Below, piece by piece: positions 17,885-27,271 of a stretch of 59,881 nt of DNA; the first letter of the stretch is position 1; each line of letters starts with the position of its first letter. The notes under the pieces are model-generated. The model made no database searches. It was not told where the DNA came from and saw nothing but the letters and a program-made list of their open reading frames with translations. A program made the translations under genes and the position numbers. Source of the DNA: Candidatus Micrarchaeota archaeon (GTDB lineage: Archaea > Micrarchaeota > Micrarchaeia > Anstonellales > Bilamarchaeaceae); assembly GCA_043800955.1 (NCBI GenBank), contig JAZDMN010000078.1:1-59881 (forward strand), given 5' to 3'.

Positions 17885-19075
17885 ATGGCTTCTTTTGACA
17901 AAATCCTTTCAGAGAAATCCATCTTCAAGGATCTCTCGGTCCTTTCCCCGCATTATGTGCCCAAGGACCTTCCGTACCGGCAGCACCAGATGCATGAGAT
18001 ACGCTCGGTTCTGACGCCGGCCCTCAAAGGGCAGAAGCCCCGCAACCTGATAATATACGGGAAGACCGGGACCGGTAAGACGTGCACAACTAAAAAAATC
18101 ATGGACGAGTTCATACAGACTGCGGCTCCTGGGAAGGCGAGCATGCACTATGTGAACTGCCGGATATACAATTCCCGCTACAGGATACTCCAGAGGATTC
18201 TCAAGGGGTACGTACCGGAGCTGGAGAAGGCCGGATTCGGGCTCCCGTTCCTCTATGAGAAGCTCGTTGAAATCGCATCCAACGGCGAGCAGCTCGTCGT
18301 CATCCTCGATGAGATTGACATGGTGAAGGACCTGGACGAGCTCGTGTATACGATGACACGCTCGAATGACGAGATAAAGAAGGGGGGCGTCACGATTGTA
18401 GGCATATCGAACAAGCTCTCGTTCAAGGATTCGCTGGACCCGCGAAGCAAGAGCAGCCTGTATGAGACTGAGATGATATTCCAGCCGTATACGGCGGAGC
18501 AGCTCCAGAAGATACTCGACCAGCGGGTGAAGGAGGGCTTCGCCGACGGCGTTGTCGAATCCGGAGCCGTGAACCTGGCCGCCGCGATAACCTCGCAGGA
18601 GAGCGGAGATGCGCGCTACGCATTGAAGCTCCTGAACAAGGCCGGGGAGATGGCGCAGCAATCAGGACGCGAGAAGGTCACCGATGACGATGTTGAATCT
18701 GCCAGGAAGAGCGTGGAGATAGACCTTACTGTAGAGACGATAAACACGCTTCCGGAGATGCACCAGCTCGTCCTGCACGCGATAGCCACGCTCACCAGCT
18801 CGGGCAGCAGGTATTCAAGGCTCGAGGGGGTGGACAGCGGGTTCCTGTTCTCCGGCGAGGTGTACGAGCAGTACGAGCGCGCCTGCAAGGGCGCGAATAA
18901 GCGGCCGCGCAGCTCCAGATGGTACAAGGAATACCTCAATGATTTGGAAACGCTCGGCATGATAGTCACAACGCCTAGCGGAAAGGGGATTCGGGGCCAG
19001 ACGACGCTAATCAAGCTCGGGCCGAGCCCGGAAAGCGTGATGGGTGTCCTGAAAAAGAACCTGTTTGGCGGCTGA
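17885..19075 (+). CDS. orc1: Orc1/Cdc6 replication initiator
   Basis: IYGKTGTGKT, VVILDEID, GDARYALKLL, and a C-terminal winged helix. Confidence 0.9.
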   Translation: MASFDKILSEKSIFKDLSVLSPHYVPKDLPYRQHQMHEIRSVLTPALKGQKPRNLIIYGKTGTGKTCTTKKIMDEFIQTAAPGKASMHYVNCRIYNSRYRILQRILKGYVPELEKAGFGLPFLYEKLVEIASNGEQLVVILDEIDMVKDLDELVYTMTRSNDEIKKGGVTIVGISNKLSFKDSLDPRSKSSLYETEMIFQPYTAEQLQKILDQRVKEGFADGVVESGAVNLAAAITSQESGDARYALKLLNKAGEMAQQSGREKVTDDDVESARKSVEIDLTVETINTLPEMHQLVLHAIATLTSSGSRYSRLEGVDSGFLFSGEVYEQYERACKGANKRPRSSRWYKEYLNDLETLGMIVTTPSGKGIRGQTTLIKLGPSPESVMGVLKKNLFGG

Positions 19076-19124
19076 GGCTGATAACCTGGACGAGCGCCGG
19101 CAATTGCGGCGACGTTTTTTCTCC

Positions 19125-19607
19125 TCATCCTGCCTCTTTCAGCTCGTCCACGACGCGTATCATGTTTATCTTGCCGTATTTCTCCACATGCACAATGCCG
19201 CGGTCCTCGAGCTTCTTCACGACGCGGTGTGCTTTGAGCCGCGACATGCCGGGCAGGCGGGCGATTTCGCTCTGGGTTGTCATCCCCTCTTTCTCGAGCA
19301 GAAGAAGAACGACTTCGCGGTCCTCCGGGCTGAGGAACTTCATTATAATGTCCATGTTCGTCTTGACGACCTGTTTCTGCTTCTCTATCGTCGCGTTCAG
19401 GAGGCTGTAGACGATGAGGCCCGAGAGGACGCCGAAAACACCCATCACTACCATGAAATGTATGTGGAACTCCATGAAGGGATGCAGGATATCCGGCACT
19501 TCCATCCCCTGCGATGAGATGGCATAAACGAAGACCAGGACTGTTATCAGGAATATGAATACAGACACTATTACCAGCCCTAGGACTATCTCTTTGCGTC
19601 TATCCAT
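19125..19607 (-). CDS. Membrane-anchored winged-HTH transcription regulator (MarR/TrmB-like)
   Basis: Start moved to MDRRKEIV at 19607. It has two N-terminal TM segments, then EGMTTQSEIARLPGMSRLKAHRVVKKLEDRGIV. The track's N-extension overlaps the divergent cupredoxin gene. Confidence 0.65.
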   Translation of the reverse strand: MDRRKEIVLGLVIVSVFIFLITVLVFVYAISSQGMEVPDILHPFMEFHIHFMVVMGVFGVLSGLIVYSLLNATIEKQKQVVKTNMDIIMKFLSPEDREVVLLLLEKEGMTTQSEIARLPGMSRLKAHRVVKKLEDRGIVHVEKYGKINMIRVVDELKEAG

Positions 19608-19611
19608 GACG

Positions 19612-19664
19612 TGAAAATTGATTGTTTCATTATTTAATATATATTGTTTCAGCGGAATGAAACA
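19612..19664. promoter_or_regulatory. Repeated TGTTTCA/TGAAACA half-sites around a TATA-like box in the divergent promoter
   Basis: TGAAAAttgatTGTTTCA (19612-19629), TTTAATATATATT, then TGTTTCAgcggaaTGAAACA (19645-19664). Confidence 0.4.
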
Positions 19665-19701
19665 GTGCAGCTGGCATAGATTGTCGCTGGCCGGTGATTG
19701 A

Positions 19702-20133
19702 TTGGATGGAATAACGATACACAAAACAACCCTGATGGTATTTGTTGGGCTCATACTTGCAATACTACTGGGCGGATATGTGGTGTTCAGCGCGCCCCAG
19801 CAGAATGCCCTGGGGACTTCCGGCAATGGAAACGATGTAAGCTCAGGCATAGGAGGAGCGGCTGCCCAGGACATATACATCAAGGCATTGAGCAACGGGG
19901 CATACGACAAGCAGGAGATAACGGTCAAAGTTGGCGTGCCGGTCAGGCTCCATTTCACTGCAGACCCGAATGCTGGCTGCGGCAGGCAGCTCGTGATATA
20001 CGGGCTTAACGTGAAGGCCCTTTCAAGAAATGGCGAAGAGAACGTCGTGGAGTTCACGCCTTCACAGGAGGGGACCTACGAATATAATTGCGGCAGGAGG
20101 ATGTGGCAGCCCGGAAAGCTGGTGGTCCAATGA
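19702..20133 (+). CDS. Membrane-anchored cupredoxin-like (Cupredoxin_1-type) protein
   Basis: N-terminal TM, then ITVKVGVPVRLHFTADPNAGCGRQLVIYGLNV...TYEYNCGRRMWQPGKLVV. TTG start preceded by GGTGAT. Confidence 0.6.
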   Translation: MDGITIHKTTLMVFVGLILAILLGGYVVFSAPQQNALGTSGNGNDVSSGIGGAAAQDIYIKALSNGAYDKQEITVKVGVPVRLHFTADPNAGCGRQLVIYGLNVKALSRNGEENVVEFTPSQEGTYEYNCGRRMWQPGKLVVQ

Positions 20134-20151
20134 AAATCGGGGCATCATGAG

Positions 20152-20751
20152 GTGATGATTTTGTCGGATGGAATCAAAGTGCACAAGACAACGTTATTGG
20201 TTATGTTTGGGCTCCTGGTAGCGGTTGTTGCAGGTGTGTACGTCATCAAATCCCAGCCCGAGCCCAGCAGCTTTCAGAACACATGCGCCGGGCAGGAGGG
20301 TCTGTGCACTGCAGTCCAGCAGCCGCAGGCGCCCCAGACAATAGAGCCGGCGCCTGCGCTAAGAGTGGGCTGCGGATGCGGCGGGGGAGGGCTAACCTGC
20401 GGGGCCGGAGCCCAGGCTGCGGCACCCGACCCTTCCAAAGCAGTCCTGCTGAATTCGACCAACGCTTTGGCGACGGGTGATGTACAGGATATATACATCA
20501 AAGCGAAGAACGACGGCACATATGACAAGGCGGAACTGACTGTCAATGCAGGCTCCCCCGTGAGGCTTCATTTCACCGCGGACCCTGATGCCGGATGCGG
20601 AAGGCAGATGGTCATATACGGGCTCAACATCAAGGCAAAATCCCTAAACGGCGAGGAGAATGTCGTCGATTTCATCCCGAAGCAGGCAGGAACGTATGGG
20701 TACAACTGCGGCATGAGGATGTGGCGGGCCGGAAAGCTGGTGGTCGTCTGA
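20152..20751 (+). CDS. Paralogous cupredoxin-like protein with Cys/Gly-rich linker
   Basis: LTVNAGSPVRLHFTADPDAGCGRQMVIYGLNI...TYGYNCGMRMWRAGKLVV and the linker VGCGCGGGGLTCGAG. The true start may be the TTG at 20161, after GAGGTGAT. Confidence 0.6.
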   Translation: MMILSDGIKVHKTTLLVMFGLLVAVVAGVYVIKSQPEPSSFQNTCAGQEGLCTAVQQPQAPQTIEPAPALRVGCGCGGGGLTCGAGAQAAAPDPSKAVLLNSTNALATGDVQDIYIKAKNDGTYDKAELTVNAGSPVRLHFTADPDAGCGRQMVIYGLNIKAKSLNGEENVVDFIPKQAGTYGYNCGMRMWRAGKLVVV

Positions 20752-20801
20752 CTGCGATAAGGTGCCTCTTGGATATTCTCGGCAAACCGAAATATCTTGC
20801 G

Positions 20802-21224
20802 ATGGCGATAGTGTCAGCGGCGCTTTTTTTCGCACTACTGGCACTCACATCGAATATGATAGTGTGGGGATATTGGGAGCTGAACCCTTTTGTGGAGCCT
20901 GCGCGTATCGCGATGAACGTGTTCATAGCGATGCTTTTCGGGGCGAACATCGGGGTCCTGCTCCACAACAGCGATTTAAGGAACACTGTGGCTGGTGGGA
21001 CCCAGATGACGGTTTTTGGGGCCCTTGCCGCGCTCATGACGAGCTCATGCCCGCTGTGCCAGCCTTTTTTCATGCTGGCCTTCGGGCTGGGCGGGATAGG
21101 CGCGCTGTTTGCCGGCTTCAGCATTCTGATAGCCCTTTTCAGCATCGGCCTTCTGGCGATTTCGCTCAAAAGAGGGCTGGAAGCAGCGAACGGAACATGC
21201 AAATTGGATACGCGGAGGAGATGA
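20802..21224 (+). CDS. Small polytopic membrane protein with CPLC motif
   Basis: MAIVSAALFFALLAL...MTSSCPLCQPFFMLAFGLGG. The part of the track ORF upstream of 20751 overlaps the previous gene. TTG at 20769 is an alternative start. Confidence 0.5.
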   Translation: MAIVSAALFFALLALTSNMIVWGYWELNPFVEPARIAMNVFIAMLFGANIGVLLHNSDLRNTVAGGTQMTVFGALAALMTSSCPLCQPFFMLAFGLGGIGALFAGFSILIALFSIGLLAISLKRGLEAANGTCKLDTRRR

Positions 21225-21430
21225 CGATGGATTGGACGATTAAAGTTGAAGGAATGCACTGCAAATCATGCGAGATGCTTCTGACAGACGTGCTTTCTGA
21301 GATAAAAGGCGTGCAGAAAATTAGCGCGGATTTCAAGAAAGGAACGGTTACTGTCAGCGCCACGGACAATGGCGCGCTCGAAGAGGCGAAGAAGGCCATT
21401 GCGAAAGAAGGATACAAGGTGGTGGGCTGA
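21221..21430 (+). CDS. copZ: Heavy-metal-associated (HMA) copper chaperone
   Basis: MTMDWTIKVEGMHCKSCE; 69 aa; ATGA overlap with the upstream gene. Confidence 0.8.
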   Translation: MTMDWTIKVEGMHCKSCEMLLTDVLSEIKGVQKISADFKKGTVTVSATDNGALEEAKKAIAKEGYKVVG

Positions 21431-22401
21431 TGAGCGAGGAACAGAATCCGGATGAAGCCGTGCCAGAAGAGAAGAAAGAGTACAAGCTGACCCTGAGCGG
21501 GATGACATGCGGAGCATGCGAGAAGGTGATAGAGAGGGTTGTCTCGAACAATGGCGCCGAGGTCAAGGAAATTGATGCCGGCAGGGGCCTGGTCGATATA
21601 CGTTGTCAGCCAGAGAGAATCGAAACGATAAAACAGCAGCTTGCCCAGAGGGGGTTTCGGGAACGAGGCGAGGGCGAGCCCGAAGAGCGGGGTGACCCGA
21701 GGAGGTTCCTCGCTTACCTCAAATCAGTGATTGCCGGGGAGCCGCATGCTAGGGTAGAGAACAGATTGCTCAACAACGCCCTTGGCACCACAATCATCCT
21801 TGTGCTGGCAGGCGCTTTAATGTATGGAGCTTTCCTGGATATATTCGGAAGCCCGGTTGCAGCCGCATCGCTGCTGGTTTTCGTGATATCCTCATCTGTC
21901 ATGTCAGTTTATTCGCTCCTCCATATGGAGACGTACCGGAAAGGGATGACCTGTTCAAACGGCATGATGGTGGGCATGACGACGGGAATGGCAAGCGGTT
22001 ATATGATAGGCGCAATACTCGGGGCGACGAACGGGATGTTCGTAGGCTCAGTTATCGGAACGGCAATGGGGATAACCATAGGACTGACCCTGGGCAGGTA
22101 CAGCGGCATCATGGGGGCCATGGAAGGGTTGATGGCTGGGCTCATGGCCGGGACAATGGGCGCCATGACCTCACTAATGATGCTGAACGACAACCTGCTC
22201 GCATTCCTCTATATCCTAAACGGCTTATGCCTGGTGATGGTCGGGAGCCTCAGCTATATGATGTTCCGCGAGGCCGGGCCGGCCTCTGCGACGGCTCCGG
22301 CTGGAAATTTTGGCAGGTTCGCCGGCCTATCTATTGCCATGAGCGCGGTACTGGTCGCAATCATGCTATATGGGCCTAGGTCACTGATAACAATCGCATG
22401 A
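21430..22401 (+). CDS. HMA domain fused to a Met/Gly-rich polytopic membrane domain
   Basis: YKLTLSGMTCGACEKV, then GMMVGMTTGMASGYMIGAILGATNGMFVG...GAMEGLMAGLMAGTMGAMTSLMM. TGATG overlap with copZ. Confidence 0.7.
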   Translation: MSEEQNPDEAVPEEKKEYKLTLSGMTCGACEKVIERVVSNNGAEVKEIDAGRGLVDIRCQPERIETIKQQLAQRGFRERGEGEPEERGDPRRFLAYLKSVIAGEPHARVENRLLNNALGTTIILVLAGALMYGAFLDIFGSPVAAASLLVFVISSSVMSVYSLLHMETYRKGMTCSNGMMVGMTTGMASGYMIGAILGATNGMFVGSVIGTAMGITIGLTLGRYSGIMGAMEGLMAGLMAGTMGAMTSLMMLNDNLLAFLYILNGLCLVMVGSLSYMMFREAGPASATAPAGNFGRFAGLSIAMSAVLVAIMLYGPRSLITIA

Positions 22402-22493
22402 TTGCCAGACGATACAATATATAATTTGGGAAAGAAGACAAACAGTTCGATGAAGGTGGTTTTATAAAAAAGATAACGATTCCGATAAGCGGG

Positions 22494-24746
22494 ATGGATT
22501 GCACGTCCTGCGCACTCAATATCGAAAGAAGGCTCAGGAAGCTCGACGGCGTGAAGAGCGCGAACGTCAATTATGCCAGCGGGCGGGCAGCCGTCGAGTA
22601 TGATGAGAAGAGCGTCAGCCCACGCGATTTCAAGCAGACCATAGAGAAGCTCGGGTATGGAGCGGACATCGGTGAGGGTGGAAACGGAGGGGAGGCACCT
22701 TCGAAGATGGAGGATCGCGAGAAGATTGCGCGTGAAAACGAGATACAGGACCTCAGGCGCAGGGTCATTTATTCGGCTCTTCTCACGCTGCCCGTGGTCA
22801 TTCTCGCTCTTCCGGAGATGCTTAAGGGCATCTTCGAGCTCGAATATCCGGAATTCTTCATGGTCAAGATGGCCGCCTTGCAGTTCCTGCTGACGACTCC
22901 GGTGCTTTATGTCAACAGGGAGTTCTTTTCAAGGGGATTGAAGGGGCTCAGGGAGCGCTCGCCGGGCATGGACAGCCTTGTGGCGCTCGGTGTCGGAACC
23001 GCATATTCATATAGCACCGCAGTCGGATTCGGGTTCATAGAGGGAAGCGTCTATTTCGAGACAGCGGCCCTCCTGCTGACATTCATAGTTCTTGGGAAAT
23101 ACCTCGAAGCGGTCGCAAAGGGAAAGACATCTGAGGCGATAAAAAGGCTGATCGGACTTGCGCCCAGGACAGCCCTAGTCGTAAGGGAGGGCGAGGAAAT
23201 CGAGATACCAATCAGCCAGGTTGTCATCGGTGACATTGTGATAGTCAAGCCAGGCGGCAAAATCCCGGTGGACGGGATTGTCATCGAAGGCGACAGCAGC
23301 GTGGATGAAAGCATGATTACCGGCGAAAGCCTTCCTGTCCACAAGAAGAAGGGCGACCCGGTCATAGGAGCGACAATCAACAAGAGCGGCTCATTCAGTT
23401 TCAAGGCGACCAAGGTGGGCAGCGATACCATGCTCGCGCAGATAATCAAGCTTGTCGAGGATGCACAGGGAAGCAAGGCCCCCATACAGAAGCTCGCGGA
23501 CTCCGTTGCAGGATATTTCGTCCAAGGGGTAATTGTGCTCGCGCTCCTCGCATTCTCATACTGGTTCTTCGTTGCGGGAGAGCCGTTCCTTTTTGCGCTC
23601 ACAATAATGGTTTCGACCCTCATCATCGCCTGCCCCTGCGCCATGGGGCTTGCGACGCCCACAGCTGTGATGCTGGGGACCGGGAAAGGCGCTGAGATTG
23701 GAGTGCTTTTCAAGAATGCGGAGAGCCTGGAACTCCTTGAGAAGGCCAAGATAGTCGTCTTCGACAAAACCGGGACGATTACCAAGGGAGAGCCGGCGGT
23801 AACGGACATCATCCCGTTCGGGATGAAGGAAACCGAGCTCCTGAGCGTGTCTGCTTCTGCCGAACGCGGGTCCGAGCACTTCCTTGGGAAGGCGATAGTG
23901 AAAGAGGCAAAGAAAAGGAAGGTGAAAATCGGCAAGCCCGAGGGCTTCGAGGCGGTTGCAGGTCATGGAATCAAGGCCACTTTCGGAAAAATCAAGGTGT
24001 TGATAGGGAATCCGCTCCTTATGGAGAAGAACGGAGTAGAGCTGGGGAATGGCATAATAAAGACGATGCATGGGCTCGAGAGGGCGGGAAAGACCGTGGT
24101 CGTCGTGTCGGCAGGCGGGCGGGTTGCGGGAATAATAGCGATTGCGGATACGATGAAGGAGCATTCGCGCGAAGCGATTGCGAGGCTGAAAAGGATGGGC
24201 TACGAGACGGCGATGATAACCGGCGACAACGAGCGGACCGCCATGGCGATAGCAAAAGAGGCCGGCATCGACCGCGTGCTGGCGCATGTCCTTCCCCAGG
24301 ACAAGGCGCAGGAGGTCAAGCGGCTGCAGGAGACCGGACATAAGGTCGCATTCGTCGGCGACGGAATAAACGATGCTCCGGCCCTCGCTCAGGCTGATAT
24401 CGGCATCGCGATAGGTTCAGGGACCGACGTGGCAATCGAAAGCGGCGGGGTGATCCTGGTCAAAAGCGACCTCCGCGACATCGTCAGCGCGATAGAGCTC
24501 AGTAGGTACACGATGAGCAAAATAAAGCAGAACCTGTTCTGGGCTTTTGCTTACAACACAGTGGGAATACCGGTGGCCATGGGCATACTGTTCCCCTTTT
24601 CCGGCTTCCTTCTGAGCCCTGTGATTGCAGGGGCGGCGATGGCGTTCAGCTCAATCAGCGTGGTCTCGAACAGCCTCCTGATGAGGGGCTGGAAACCCAA
24701 GTGGAAATCAGCGCTGCCTAAGGCGAAGGAAGCCGAACATAGATGA
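22494..24746 (+). CDS. copA: Copper-translocating P1B-type ATPase
   Basis: GMDCTSC (HMA), [11 protein letters not shown] (CPC), [17 protein letters not shown]. The first ATG removes HMA strand beta-1, and the in-frame ATA at 22464 is a likely real start (see findings). Confidence 0.9.
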   Translation: MDCTSCALNIERRLRKLDGVKSANVNYASGRAAVEYDEKSVSPRDFKQTIEKLGYGADIGEGGNGGEAPSKMEDREKIARENEIQDLRRRVIYSALLTLPVVILALPEMLKGIFELEYPEFFMVKMAALQFLLTTPVLYVNREFFSRGLKGLRERSPGMDSLVALGVGTAYSYSTAVGFGFIEGSVYFETAALLLTFIVLGKYLEAVAKGKTSEAIKRLIGLAPRTALVVREGEEIEIPISQVVIGDIVIVKPGGKIPVDGIVIEGDSSVDESMITGESLPVHKKKGDPVIGATINKSGSFSFKATKVGSDTMLAQIIKLVEDAQGSKAPIQKLADSVAGYFVQGVIVLALLAFSYWFFVAGEPFLFALTIMVSTLIIACPCAMGLATPTAVMLGTGKGAEIGVLFKNAESLELLEKAKIVVFDKTGTITKGEPAVTDIIPFGMKETELLSVSASAERGSEHFLGKAIVKEAKKRKVKIGKPEGFEAVAGHGIKATFGKIKVLIGNPLLMEKNGVELGNGIIKTMHGLERAGKTVVVVSAGGRVAGIIAIADTMKEHSREAIARLKRMGYETAMITGDNERTAMAIAKEAGIDRVLAHVLPQDKAQEVKRLQETGHKVAFVGDGINDAPALAQADIGIAIGSGTDVAIESGGVILVKSDLRDIVSAIELSRYTMSKIKQNLFWAFAYNTVGIPVAMGILFPFSGFLLSPVIAGAAMAFSSISVVSNSLLMRGWKPKWKSALPKAKEAEHR

Positions 24747-25052
24747 GAAGAGCAGGAATGCCGAGAACGACACCACCGCAAGCGTTTTCATCTCCGGGAA
24801 CCACATAAAAACGAAAGCGGAGAACAACCCCATCAGCGCAAGCCTCGAACTTATCGTCTGGAGGCTCAGTTCTTCCGAGAATGGGTCGTGCGGCGAGCTC
24901 TTGTCAACTTTCATCTTGTCATAGAAGGAGGCGCCGCTTGCCCTAGGCGAGCCGGAATAACCGCACTCGCTGCATTTCAATGTCATTGAATGTATGTAGA
25001 AATTGCTGGAATCGACGGATTTTCCACAGCGCGGGCACTTGGGGATGTCCAC
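24708..25052 (-). CDS. Zinc-ribbon protein with C-terminal TM segments
   Basis: CPRCGKS...CSECGYSG, then hydrophobic [15 protein letters not shown] and [17 protein letters not shown]. Confidence 0.5.
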   Translation of the reverse strand: MDIPKCPRCGKSVDSSNFYIHSMTLKCSECGYSGSPRASGASFYDKMKVDKSSPHDPFSEELSLQTISSRLALMGLFSAFVFMWFPEMKTLAVVSFSAFLLFSSMFGFLRLRQR

Positions 25053-25062
25053 GGGCTCTACC

Positions 25063-25380
25063 TCAGCGCTTCTTGCCTTCCATCTCCGCTATGAAGCGGT
25101 CCGCCTCATCCAACCCTACGGTGGAGTTCAGCTCGCGTTCGGTGATTATGGACATCGGGGCGCCGACCATGTCGGAAAGCTCGCGTTCGGTCACGCGGCC
25201 GCTCTTATTGGAGAAAAAATGCGTGTCGAAGCTCGTCACCAGGAGGCTGGGCTTGTCATCAGGTTTCGTTTCGAGCATCGTCGATATGAGCGCCTGTTTT
25301 CCTGCAAAACCCTTTTTGCCGGCCATGCGGTCGGGCTTCAGCGCGTCTGCCGGTAATTGAACGTCCTTCATTTTTGCCAT
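25063..25380 (-). CDS. Hypothetical protein
   Basis: 105-aa ORF with the internal duplication TERELSDMVG / TERELNSTVG. Confidence 0.45.
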   Translation of the reverse strand: MAKMKDVQLPADALKPDRMAGKKGFAGKQALISTMLETKPDDKPSLLVTSFDTHFFSNKSGRVTERELSDMVGAPMSIITERELNSTVGLDEADRFIAEMEGKKR

Positions 25381-25527
25381 GGGGATTCCTCTGCCTCTTG
25401 GATATAATATGGCGAAAAATGTTTATAAACGATTGTAATTGGGGGGTGGCGCTTGTGGCAGTGCCGGATTTAAAAATATATTGCATAAGAATACACATAT
25501 TAACACTAAATTGGGGGAATCGTATTC

Positions 25528-26694
25528 ATGACCAGCGGGAGTAGTGCACGTTTCAAGAAAATCAAGGCGGCCATTGCGATAGCAGGCGTCATTTGCGCAG
25601 GGGCAGGGCTGTTTAGAACGTGTGCTGGACCGATGAGCGAACCCATGCAGGGAACTGTTCCGCATGCGGCTGACGCCCCACAACCTGAAAGCAGGAACAG
25701 GGAAATAAATCCGGAAGAACGCAGGCGTCATTCCCCGGACCTGTCGGAAATTTTGCGAAGATGGATGAACGGCATCGGAAGAACCCGGATGCCGCAATAT
25801 GTGCCTGCGTTTGATTTCGGGGACAGCGATGCGAATCCGGACGTTGCATGCAGGGAATACCCCGCCATTGAACGATATTCGGGACAAAGCAAGGTCGACC
25901 CGCTTCTCGTGCGCGCAGTCATGTCGGTTGAAAGTGGATTCGACAACTGCCACGCGACTAAGGTTTGCCAGTCCGGATTCAGGAGCGACGATTGTGACAA
26001 TATTGGATATGACCCCCGTTATGATATCGGCATTGATGAAGTGGATGATTCCGGCTTAGGATGCTACCTGCCCCCGGCCCCCGAGATAAACGGCGAGCCG
26101 GCATGGAGATGGTTCGGATTCGGCCTCGGGAACACCATCGGAGCGCCGCAGGAAATTCGGCCTGAAGGAAGCATCGAGAATGGATGCAGCGACTCGTTCG
26201 ACCCGTTCAATCCGGATGACGCCAGCTGCGCGGTGAGCACGGCTATGGAAAGGGCCCTCTCATCGGCAAGGGTGTGGATTGACGCCCATAAGGATATCCT
26301 TGGATGGTGCAAAGATGAACGCCAGATGGAGGATTTGACCTCATATATCGCGGCGAGCATGTATTCCGGGGCATGGCATGCGCGTATTGGAGTCAACCAC
26401 CCCGGATGCTCGAGCGCGATTGGTTTCGGGGAATGCCTGATTCGGGGGTTCGATGAAAGCAACCGGATAGACGAGGCATTTTGCGGAACTCCGGACGGAC
26501 GGGAGGACGAGCGCTGCGCTGGGGGCATTCCGCTCAATGAACCGCCATTCTCATGCTATGGACGCCAGGATATTGTGGGGTATATCCGCGACTGCGGGCT
26601 TCCGTTCCTTCCCGAGGGTTCCAGAACTGATATGGGAGCAGAAGTCATGGCGGCGTATTACCGCCTCAAGAATGAATGCCCGGGAAGGCGCTAG
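25528..26694 (+). CDS. Secreted or membrane-anchored Cys-rich protein with lytic-transglycosylase (SLT/GH23)-like motif
   Basis: N-terminal hydrophobic AAIAIAGVICAGAGLF. DPLLVRAVMSVESGFD resembles the SLT catalytic E-S motif, and ASMYSGAW resembles the AYNAG region. Confidence 0.5.
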   Translation: MTSGSSARFKKIKAAIAIAGVICAGAGLFRTCAGPMSEPMQGTVPHAADAPQPESRNREINPEERRRHSPDLSEILRRWMNGIGRTRMPQYVPAFDFGDSDANPDVACREYPAIERYSGQSKVDPLLVRAVMSVESGFDNCHATKVCQSGFRSDDCDNIGYDPRYDIGIDEVDDSGLGCYLPPAPEINGEPAWRWFGFGLGNTIGAPQEIRPEGSIENGCSDSFDPFNPDDASCAVSTAMERALSSARVWIDAHKDILGWCKDERQMEDLTSYIAASMYSGAWHARIGVNHPGCSSAIGFGECLIRGFDESNRIDEAFCGTPDGREDERCAGGIPLNEPPFSCYGRQDIVGYIRDCGLPFLPEGSRTDMGAEVMAAYYRLKNECPGRR

Positions 26695-26741
26695 CCGGTT
26701 TTTGGTTCGGGAGTCTTCAAATTAGCGGACGACGCCAGGAT

Positions 26742-27032
26742 TCATATCCGGACAAGGCACGCCTTCAGGACCCTGCCATTTTTGATAAGGACCCCTTCTT
26801 TCCTTAGCAGCTCCCCCTTCTTTTTCGCCCCCCATGCGAAACCCCCGACACCAAGGTCGCTGCGGATGACGCGATGGCATGGCACCAACGGAGAGCGGTT
26901 CTTGTTGAGCGCGTTCCCGACAGCCCTGAATGCCCCGGGCCGGCCTATCGCCCTGGCGATATTGGAGTACGTAGCGACTTTGCCCTTTGGGATGCGCATG
27001 CAGGCGCGGAGGACATCATCAAGGAATGCCAT
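26742..27032 (-). CDS. ogt: Methylated-DNA-protein-cysteine methyltransferase (C-terminal domain only)
   Basis: VATYSNIARAIGRPGAFRAVGNALNKNRSPLVPCHRVI. Start moved to MAFLDD at 27032; the track's N-extension covers a tRNA-end duplicate. Confidence 0.8.
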   Translation of the reverse strand: MAFLDDVLRACMRIPKGKVATYSNIARAIGRPGAFRAVGNALNKNRSPLVPCHRVIRSDLGVGGFAWGAKKKGELLRKEGVLIKNGRVLKACLVRI

Positions 27033-27139
27033 AAGTGGATAAAATGCGGGAAAAAGGATATTAATTTTCCAGAGCGGGTCGAGTCCGGCAATAAGTTTGA
27101 AAAAAACGCTAAGGGGGGCTTCCATGAACTTATCGTTGT

Positions 27140-27269
27140 CAAGGTCGACGCTTCGACCTTGAACATGCTCGCGAACGAATCGTCGTTCGCGATATCATAT
27201 GCCCCCTATACTGCTTACCGTTTTATCGTTTGTTCACGCCGAGCGTTAAACGCGAGGCTAGTGAACAAA
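27140..27269. repeat. Three strong hairpins downstream of tRNA-Ser
   Basis: CAAGGTCGA-cgct-TCGACCTTG (27140-27161), CGCGAACGA-atcg-TCGTTCGCG (27170-27191), and TTTGTTCAC-23 nt-GTGAACAAA (27229-27269). Confidence 0.6.
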
Positions 27270-27271
27270 AA

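Noticed and set aside
19608-20057. N-terminal 150 aa of ORF 19125..20057
   Set aside because: It overlaps the divergent promoter and the cupredoxin gene. A typical N-terminus (MDRRKEIV plus TM) starts at 19607.
23051-24341. Two long minus-strand ORFs (294 and 261 aa)
   Set aside because: Both are antisense to copA and have no motifs.
27033-27125. N-terminal extension of the ogt ORF
   Set aside because: It covers the tRNA-end duplicate and is not part of the MGMT fold. MGMT helix-turn-helix alignment begins at MAFLDD.
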